Source of the DNA: Epithemia pelagica
Lineage: Eukaryota; Protista; Bacillariophyta
DNA: 64,000 bases
NCBI GenBank assembly: GCA_946965045.2
Contig: OX337231.1
Span: 1,736,001 to 1,800,000, forward strand
Direction: 5' to 3'
Below are positions 23,078-31,731 of this stretch, piece after piece. The translations under genes were made by a program, and so were the position numbers. The notes under the pieces are model-generated. The model was given only the letters and a program-made list of their open reading frames with translations. It made no database searches and was not told where the DNA came from. Position 1 is the first letter of the stretch. Each line of letters starts with the position of its first letter.

Positions 23078-23233
23078 GTAGCTGCAACAAGTTCCCTCCC
23101 GTAGGAGTAAGTAATAGGAGTAGTCTAGGTAGCAGAAACGTATAAAATATTTGCTTTGCCCGAACCCAAACCCAACAGTTAGTTGGGCGACAGGATTATA
23201 TCTTGGGGACATCGTCAAGTGGCAAATTTGAAC

Positions 23234-24682
23234 ATGGTTATTGTCCCGAACGTAGGAGCGCTTCTTTCTGTCCTACATATGGAAAAATCTGGTCTGAAAA
23301 TTGTCGAAGGACCTGTTCCATTCATGGTTCGCAACGACACTTCACGCTTATTCGCGCAACTGAATTTGAACCGCAATTGCTTCATTCGGGGCCCACCAGG
23401 AACTGGAAAGTCTTCATCTGTTTGGTTTTGGCTACTTACGCATCTACATGATCATCCAGGTAGAGTGGGGAAGTGGGTTCATTTTGGACGGCTTGAAACC
23501 ACCTCGATAGCGATACGCTTTGTCGATGGAGCTTTCGCTTTCACGGATATAGACGAGGTGTCTCTTCCTGACGATGTATCACTCCTTGTGGTTGATGGTG
23601 TACGACAGAGTAATTCTGACAAAGCACGGGAGGTTTCTCACACAGCCTTCAAAAAACGCATCAAAGTCGTTTGGGTGACGAGCCAGCAAGTAAGCGTCGG
23701 CGGTGAAGACCTCGCTGCTTCTCGCATGGACCTCCTTAACCACTACTCGTGGACAGAGGGTGAAGCCAGTTCATTTCTGAGCTTGCTTCCTCAAAATATA
23801 CAAGATCAGCTTCGAACGGATATGAACCAGGCCCTTGCTTCGACTTTTGCCACGGCTGCGGAGGCCTTGGCGGCAAAGTTCTTCCATTTTGGCGGTTCTG
23901 CTCGGTGGCTGTTTTCTATGAACTTCGCCGAGGCTTATCAAGATCTCAGCTTCTATGCAGATTCAATTGCGAATGCTGATCTTGTCCATCGTGGTCTTAT
24001 GGGGGAGCGAAGTAATTTGGCGATGAATCATATCACTGCTGAATATCCACCGGGTTTGGGAGTTTGGACATTGCCCAAGTATGAAATTGCAAGCAAGTTT
24101 CTTGTCAAGCTTATTGCCCTTAAGGTTGGTGTATCGGCAATTGTGGCAATGTACAACTCCAAATGGGTTCGAAGCAACCCTTCTGTGCGTGGCTTCGTCT
24201 TCGAGTGGGATGTATTGGCACAAGCGGAGCACCGTAAGTCTATTCAAGTGAAAAACAATAGCTCGGTGCACTTGGAGAGTTGGAACTGTGACTCCTTTAT
24301 AACGTTGGAACAATTTTTGACACTGTCTCCACAGCGGGACACTGGAATAATGGTTGAGGCTCCAGTCTGGAACTACCCTGAAGTTGATGGTCTCTACCTG
24401 ACCATTCAAAACAACGCAATGCACTTAATTGCCTGGAATGCTTCAATTGCCACCACCCATAGCGGACACGTGCACAACCTACAGGTGCTGTTGGAAAATC
24501 TTGCTCAGCGCCCGACAAATCCATTGTATTTCCAGTCGGTCCGATTCGCATTCATCGTCCCCATGGAAACCCTGCCACATTTCAAAGCTCCAAACTCTAC
24601 GGCAGCTAAAAAGTCATTGTCGGCATGGAGCTTTGACACATTTGAGGTGTATGGAATGGAACCTAGTTCTGCAAGTCCTTAA
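23234..24682 (+). CDS. Crinkler/RHS-type P-loop NTPase with C-terminal restriction-endonuclease-like domain
   Basis: Walker A GPPGTGKS, Walker B LLVVDG, GGSARW, NPSVRGFVFEWD, WNYPEVDGLYL and AWNASIATTHS; no introns. Confidence 0.65.
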   Translation: MVIVPNVGALLSVLHMEKSGLKIVEGPVPFMVRNDTSRLFAQLNLNRNCFIRGPPGTGKSSSVWFWLLTHLHDHPGRVGKWVHFGRLETTSIAIRFVDGAFAFTDIDEVSLPDDVSLLVVDGVRQSNSDKAREVSHTAFKKRIKVVWVTSQQVSVGGEDLAASRMDLLNHYSWTEGEASSFLSLLPQNIQDQLRTDMNQALASTFATAAEALAAKFFHFGGSARWLFSMNFAEAYQDLSFYADSIANADLVHRGLMGERSNLAMNHITAEYPPGLGVWTLPKYEIASKFLVKLIALKVGVSAIVAMYNSKWVRSNPSVRGFVFEWDVLAQAEHRKSIQVKNNSSVHLESWNCDSFITLEQFLTLSPQRDTGIMVEAPVWNYPEVDGLYLTIQNNAMHLIAWNASIATTHSGHVHNLQVLLENLAQRPTNPLYFQSVRFAFIVPMETLPHFKAPNSTAAKKSLSAWSFDTFEVYGMEPSSASP

Positions 24683-25244
24683 CAGGAAATTTCTCCCAGC
24701 TCAGTAATCTGAGCTAGACCTAGGAGCAGGTGATTCAAACCAACAAAAAGGCTCACCATTCGAGAAGGAAACCAGAATCAATCTCCCGATGCATTACAAA
24801 CTACTTGGAAACCTCGACTGCTTCCTTGCTTTCAACTGCTACTGCGCATGTTCCATTTCAAGAGTTTGTTCAACGCCAACACAAAGGATCGAGTCGAGGA
24901 CCGTGAGAATGTCCGTATCGGATCCAGCGCCAAAGAATTTTCTATTCCTTGTCAGTCCTGTCTGTGAATGAATTGAGGGTGTCTCATTTGGTCCAGCCGA
25001 CTTCGGCATGATTGTTACTCTGGTGGTAACGAGAGCTTCAATTCCTTCACTCACCGCCGTCGACGAGTAGGTTTCCAGCACCCGTGTGTGGTTTAGAGTT
25101 TTACGCTTGAGCGCGCCATGGGGGTGAGTACATAGGAATGCATCGAAGATGCATGACTCACTCCCGACTAACTGACCCTCCGCTGGGGGTACTACAGAAT
25201 TGGAGGAATATTGGTGGTAAGTTTCCTCCATTTTAGGCTGTTTA

Positions 25245-26024
25245 TTATAGCTCATCTTTGTTGCTTTGTCCAAAGAAGACTCGATCTAGGAACATGGCCA
25301 GATCCTGGATCTCTTGAATGTTTGATTCATGGCCCATCTTGTAAGATTTGGATGTAACGTCAGTAGCTCCTCCATCGTTTTTCAGCTTTTCGATACCGAA
25401 CTTTTGATGTCCGAACAAGACTTTGTCATCGTATTCACCATGCGCCCAAAACAGTGGTGTGGAGCCATTAGCTAAAGTCATCTCCTTTGTCATGGTAAGC
25501 CATCCACTCAATGCGACACAGGCTGCCAAAGGCGGACGTGCAGCGTGTTCGGGAGGCGACGAATGATAAGCCGTCAAGAGAGCAATGGCCCCACCCTGGG
25601 AAAATCCTCCCACCGCAATTCTGTTTCTGGGTATTCCACGTTGCACCAGTCCATCAATCTCCTTTTCCATTTGCTCGATAGCCCAGAGTTTTCCAGTCTT
25701 GTCGTCTGTGGCTCCGACATCGATAGGCCAATCATACAAATCGAACCAACCTGGCATACGCATTCCACCATTAATAGTAATCGGTATCGTCGGTGCTTGA
25801 GGAAAGACGTATTCAACATCACCGAGCCTTGGTTGGAGGGCTGGAAGTTGCTTGGCCAGAGCTTGCCAACCGCTCGGACCATCCCCAAGTCCGTGCAAGA
25901 AAATCAGACCAGCCTTCTTGGCGGTCGACGACGATGCGGCTGACATTCCGATAACTGATATGTTGTCGAAGTTTAAGACAAGGTTGAACACGAACACAAC
26001 GCCGATCAGGGAAGCAAACGGCAT
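25245..26024 (-). CDS. Phospholipase/carboxylesterase (acyl-protein thioesterase-like) with signal peptide and C-terminal KDEL
   Basis: IFLHGLGD, FPQAP.IPITINGG.RMPGWFD, GGFSQGG nucleophile, HGEYD, GH; ends NKDEL. Confidence 0.93.
   Translation of the reverse strand: MPFASLIGVVFVFNLVLNFDNISVIGMSAASSSTAKKAGLIFLHGLGDGPSGWQALAKQLPALQPRLGDVEYVFPQAPTIPITINGGMRMPGWFDLYDWPIDVGATDDKTGKLWAIEQMEKEIDGLVQRGIPRNRIAVGGFSQGGAIALLTAYHSSPPEHAARPPLAACVALSGWLTMTKEMTLANGSTPLFWAHGEYDDKVLFGHQKFGIEKLKNDGGATDVTSKSYKMGHESNIQEIQDLAMFLDRVFFGQSNKDEL
25247..25291. repeat. 45-bp direct repeat, copy B (current esterase 3' end)
   Basis: 41/45 identical to 22589-22633. Confidence 0.9.
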
Positions 26025-26047
26025 TCTTTGTCGATGGTTGATCGGAC

Positions 26048-27097
26048 ATGTGGATTGTGGATGTGGTGAAGATTTCTGGACAGTACACCCAGGCGGGGCA
26101 AGAAAAGATCCAATTTCTGACTGATGGGTGCGAAAGGGGTCTGCCGATCCCTGCCTTCATGTGGTGGTGCATCCTTGACGTGGATTGGGGTATGGACATG
26201 CTCGAATGCCACCAGTTGCTCTCACAGCTACCATTGTTCTATGTCATCCTCAGTTTGGGCCTCTTTCACTTTCCATCATACCATGCATGGACTGTTCCTT
26301 TTCCGAGGTTCTTACGGCGAGGGTTGCCTCGGAATGACGTAGAGCAAAGCAGAGCTCCTCTTGAGAATCTACGACAAGAAAACATTTCATTATTTAGCAC
26401 AAGTTTGTCCGATATTCTCAAGGAAACAGCATTCAGTCATTCACAACATCTAAACAGAAGTGATTCATCATTCCAGAACCATACCATAACCATGGATCCG
26501 GTCCATTACTTCTTCATGGGCATGGCCATTCGTGAAGCAGAATCTGCCGCCAAGCGAGGCGAAGTACCTGTGGGAGCCATTATTGTGCGAAACTCGACTT
26601 GTACCACTTGGAACCTTGACAAAGGGGCCAAACAAACAAGCCATCACCAAAACTTGAGCAATGAGATCCATTTCGAAGTGGTGTCCAATGGAAGCAATCG
26701 CGTGGAAATGCAGTTTGATGCCTCGGCCCATGCCGAATTGTTGGCGTTGCGTCAAGCATCGCGTCGCCTTTTCAATTGGCGCTTGTACAATACCACCTTG
26801 TATACCACCTTGGAGCCCTGTCCCATGTGCTTGGCTGCCGCCCAAGCGTTTCGTGTGGATACCATTGTGTTTGGTGCACCGGATTTACGATTGGGAGCCG
26901 TGACGACGCACATGAACATGTTGGACATGGCTCACCATCCATTTCACAATATCTCCAACATTGTCTCTGGAGTTCGACAAGACGAGTGTGCCGAACTCCT
27001 TCGCAGGTTCTTCCGCAAACGCAGGAAAGAAGGAAAGAAAGCTCGCAAAGCTTACTCAACTATGAACGATCTAGTGAGAATAAATGAGAATAAATGA
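26048..27097 (+). CDS. tadA: tRNA adenosine deaminase TadA-like; true start probably near 26192-26198
   Basis: GEVPVGAIIV, AHAEL, LYTTLEPCPMC, VFGAPD and LLRRFFRKRR motifs. Confidence 0.9.
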   Translation: MWIVDVVKISGQYTQAGQEKIQFLTDGCERGLPIPAFMWWCILDVDWGMDMLECHQLLSQLPLFYVILSLGLFHFPSYHAWTVPFPRFLRRGLPRNDVEQSRAPLENLRQENISLFSTSLSDILKETAFSHSQHLNRSDSSFQNHTITMDPVHYFFMGMAIREAESAAKRGEVPVGAIIVRNSTCTTWNLDKGAKQTSHHQNLSNEIHFEVVSNGSNRVEMQFDASAHAELLALRQASRRLFNWRLYNTTLYTTLEPCPMCLAAAQAFRVDTIVFGAPDLRLGAVTTHMNMLDMAHHPFHNISNIVSGVRQDECAELLRRFFRKRRKEGKKARKAYSTMNDLVRINENK

Positions 27098-27267
27098 GAA
27101 TATTAAAGGACATTAGAAGTTCATATATGATTTGTATGAGTGAGTTGTTTCATTTGGATAACGCCTATTCAGGCACAAACATAATTTCAGTCACGACACA
27201 TACTCTACGTGGCGATTACACCATGTGGAGTTTGCTGTGTAGCTTTTGTTTCCTTTCGGAGACGAAT

Positions 27268-28043
27268 CTAGAGTTCAGTGCCTTGGTTAGCGCGTTGCTT
27301 GGCAGCGTACTCGTGCAAGAACTTTTCGTATTCCTCAGCATAGTCAGCGTAGTCTGGGTGAATGTAGTGGTGTTGGTTCTCGTCAAGAACTTCCTCAAGG
27401 GTAATCTCGTAGCACACGGCAGTATTCTCAGGAACATAGGGCGGGGCTCCAGTGTCACCAAAAGCCCACTGTGGTTCGAGGCAGCACTTGGCAACATCTC
27501 CGACACGCATCAACGGAAGGCACTTTTGCCATCTGTTATGGCCATGAACTAGTTAGAACGCACATGACAGCCATATTGTACCCTTTCATGTGACAAACAC
27601 TTACCCTAGGAGGGTCTGAGCCACAGGAACTTGCATCGGTCCCTGACCGCGGTCGTGACTGGCGTCGAAGACAGTAGAGTTAACAAACATTCCCTTGAAG
27701 TGGCATTTGACGTCCTTGTTCAGGGCGGCCGGTTCAGCATCAGGATCGGAGCCTTTTGAAATGATCTAGAGGAGGCAACGATCGGTCAGTGAAGCCAATC
27801 ATGATACATGCTTCGAGAACAGAACAACGAACCGAAAGCTACACTTACCTGCATGAGGACGCCATCTTCAATTTCCACCCAGCCGGAGTCGGCTCCCCGC
27901 AACTCGTCAAAGAACGTGGCGTCATGAGGAAGAAGGGCACGGGTCCGCACCGGTTTCGTCTGCTTGGGTCCAGGCTTCCTTTGTTGACGAGACGCGGCCG
28001 AGGCACACGCCATGGTAAGAGCAGCGATCAACAAGCGCAACAT
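27268..28043 (-). CDS. FKBP-type peptidyl-prolyl isomerase, secreted/ER, 3 exons
   Basis: Signal peptide; VKCHFKGMF....FDAS.DRG, GWQKCLPLMRVGD and AFG..G.PP.VP; introns 27766-27848 and 27533-27604. Confidence 0.88.
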
Positions 28044-28573
28044 GGTCAATTTCGTGTGAATAATCAAGCAAGTATTCGGTATTTTGAGCTGAGACTGGCA
28101 ACTTTGCTTCGGAAAAAGTGTTCGGATCGTATGTTCCAATTTCCAATGTTCATGACTCAACGTATCCTCACAAGTTTGTTGACAAGATCCGATAAACGTA
28201 TCCTTGTCAACTAATCTTGTCTTGGTTTTTGCTTATTGCTCTCACAGCGCCTGCCTATTTTTGATCTTGTGTTTCCGCATTGGGAGCGTGCACGTACGCG
28301 GGCCGACCACAGATCCCTCACAAAACACAGTGCCACGGGTAACCTTGCCAGCAACCATCACCAGAGTGATGGGAGCAGAAGCAGTTCCGAACTCAAGTAC
28401 AAGAAATCACGTTCTAGGTACCAGTAGTTCCACCTCTTTCCTATCTCACATCTCATCTAGGAGAACAGGCAACGCAGCATATGCTATGAATCCTTTTCTC
28501 AGTCGATGTAAGAACCATTGACATCGGGCTACATTGGTTGATTAAATTTAATCGGAGGGACAGAGAGTTGAAA

Positions 28574-29825
28574 CTAAAAGCTCCTTTCCTTGAAACTAAC
28601 AAGTTTCTTTTTTTCGTGAATATAGACTGCGTAGGACTGAAGGGCAAAACCAACGTTCATGATAACCCATGCCAAAAAGCTTATCAGCAACAGAAAGTCC
28701 CCAAGAGTCCAATCACTTTCACCCACAAATTCATTGGCAGTTTCCTTACCGCCGACTAATTCGACGACTGCAACCTCCACAAACACGGCAACAACAAAGA
28801 ATATATTGCACATGACAAACTTATCAAGCAAGGTCAAATACCGTTTGTTTGGCATGTACTGAGTTGTTACAAGGTGTGAGGGGACATTCATCAAAAGATG
28901 CAGTCATCTTTGATCCAGAAGATTCGCTCCTTACCGTGCTGACGATGTACAGATAAGCTACATCCGTCAATAGAATGGTAGACAAGTGACCTGTTTGATC
29001 CAGAAAGCTGTCAAAATCGATAAGAGCCAGTACTGATGTCAAAGATATGACAGAAAGCACCAGGGCAACTTTCCAAAAGTAAAACTGCCACTCTCTTCGG
29101 ATGCAAAAAGTACATCTCACTTGAGGAAATCGTATATTGCGTTCCACAGTTTCGAAAACGGCCAAGTCCTTGTATACTCTATATTCCCCCTGTGGCTCAA
29201 CAAAACGACGAGCATAGGCACAACCTCCGTACAAGGGTCGAATCTTTATTTTGATGTCGGGATCGTGGAAATAGCTGTGAAATTGCATAATTGCAGTCAA
29301 GGGCTGTACATCAAAGGGGAAGTTCTCCAGTTCAAAGGGCTCGTCAAACGTTATTCTCCCCTGTCTCTGAAACCATGCAAAGCACTTGTTGCCGTAGTCT
29401 GGTTCATGATTCACAAGTTTACGAACATAGTAGCGACATCGGTCTGTTGTCATGAGATGGCTGTCCCACTCCCATTCGGTGCCATTGTATGGGAAAGTTT
29501 CTGGGATATAGTCAGGTTCAAATGATTTGGGATCTTCAAGAAACCTGTTGTACTCTTCCTCGGACAACCAGATGGCCATCTCTTCTCCCACGGTCATTGA
29601 AAATGTTTGGTCAATGTTATTGACTGCTGTCATGGCAAACACTTTGTACAAAACCAAAACCAGAAGTTCGTCATCTTTCTGTCGAAAGATCCACTTGTTA
29701 TCGGAGTTCATTCCCATCGGCTGGCTTGCCACAGACTTCCTGCTCGTCATGGGGCCCTCTGGTTTATTGAGTTCGTCGTCAAAGACCTCAATTTCCTCGT
29801 CCTGACTATTGAGTGGTTTCTCCAT
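28574..29825 (-). CDS. Pentameric ligand-gated ion channel-like protein without the Cys-loop disulfide; 3' end uncertain
   Basis: FELENFPFDVQ.L loop, R...FYFW pre-M1, M2 ending STILLTDVAY, and after intron 28859-28934 MP...YLTLLDKF and an M4 helix. Confidence 0.8.
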
Positions 29826-31731
29826 GTTTTATGGCATCCGCATCGAATTGCTTGGTCCTCGAACCGATGGACATGGTGCTTCCGCCACGAACAACACCCA
29901 ACAGGAGTTCTTTCCGCGTAAACGCCCCCAGCAAAATATCCCCCATGACAATGACACGACAACGACACATGATGACCATGACACATGACCATGACCTCCC
30001 CATCACGAATCACGAATCACGGCAAACGGTCCCGTAAGATGATGACTAACCTTAACGGATCCGCGACTCAAGGCTCCCGATGGGGGCATCTTTTCTATTG
30101 CCAATCATCCGCGAAGGGTATTCGTGATGACAGACTTTCGGATAAACTTTCAGCATTCAGAGGGACTTTCGGCTAAATAGTTTTTTTGGAGTACTAGATT
30201 TCTCATTGGGCATCTTTTCCATTTGCCATGTACATTATTCTAATAGGACTCGATACCAGCCATGGACAGACGTTTAGGCCCTCTTTCTGTCCAGTTAGAG
30301 TGCCAAACAAAAGTCCCATAACTCTACCCCATCGAAGCATACCAGACGGTATGCCAACCTAGAGCCCCACTTTTATGAAAAGATGACTATTCCAAACAAT
30401 ATTATATCCTACAGATGTATGCACTTTGCCGAACTCATGTGCCCCTACTGTGCACCGAACTGTGAGTGCTCCTACGTGATACAATTCAGAACTTTTTTGA
30501 TAAAGAATGTTACTATATAGAACCCTCCGACTAGGTGTCCGCTTCTTAGCCCCCCAGCCGCTCTCCGCGACCAACCATTTAAATTTTGGTTTTTTTGCGT
30601 TTTAGAAGAAAATTTCTGGTCAAAATGAAAATGATCACGCCGGCCTTCTGGATCACCCTTTTGAAATTTTGTGAGCAGGCGTGCGCACTTTGACCGTTGG
30701 TCTTCCCCATTCTTGATTGTCGTCCCAAGTTGCGACCCACATTATTTTCACCACGCACCTTTTGACATCGACAATGGACATGCACCATCACAATGCATTC
30801 TCCATCATCTGCACACCATGGACATTTGACATATAGACCATAGATAGTGTTTTGCTCTACCGCCATCCTTTCTTTGTTTTTTCTAAGCGAAGTGTGGTTG
30901 TTTCTAGTGTTAGTGGTTAGTGTCCGTTTAAAAGTGAACCCTCCTCCACAACACCGTGCCGTTGTCGTAGGCTTGTCTCTTTGCAACCACATACAGTCCT
31001 ATTTTAGAATACGTCTCTTTCTAGTTGCGTTATGGAGCATATAGAGTGTAGAGTCCCCTGCACTGTTGGGAAAGACAAGTCATGCTCATGGCAACAAGAA
31101 AAGAACAACAGGAGCAGGTCGACATCACAATCCACTAAAGACCCAAACTGAGCGACAGCAGAGGAAAAATGGATGGCTTCCTCCACTTATCCTACCTACT
31201 CCTAATTGAGGTCTATAGCTCTATTTTGTCCTATAAGAATCCTACAAATGATGCCAGCAGCCCCACATGGCATCGACCAAAATGGATGTTACATGGCACA
31301 AACAAATGACACACTATGGCAACTGGCAACGTAGTGAGAGCCTACAACTAAACATTGTCCATTCCAATGCAAGTATTAGCCATTCCAGAACTTACCATGA
31401 TGGATGTGCAGTGACAAAGATGAGATGAGATGGCCAGGGACGAAGCATGCCGTTTTTGGTGTTGGTTTGGTCATTGCCTCGTTTTGTTGCCTGCATCGAT
31501 TTTGTGACCCGTTAACTCACTGAGAACACTATTTTGAGTCATGTTGAGCAGAACGCCTGCCATCTTCCAACTGTCACATCACGCCAGCCTTTCCACCGAT
31601 GGATGTGAAATTTCCATTCATTTTTTTGTCTGTGAGATTGGGTTTGTCTTGCCCGAACAGACGAGCTAAGAAGCGGACATCTAGTCGGAGGGTAAATAGT
31701 TACTGCTACACAAACAATTGGTTTTTCTTTG

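Noticed and set aside
29945-30020. ATGAC/ATCACG low-complexity repeats upstream of the channel gene
   Set aside because: Simple degenerate microsatellite with no further structure.
30579-30992. 137-aa ORF with CPWC inside the inverted-repeat element as a transposase zinc finger
   Set aside because: No recognisable family pattern; could be a decayed fragment.
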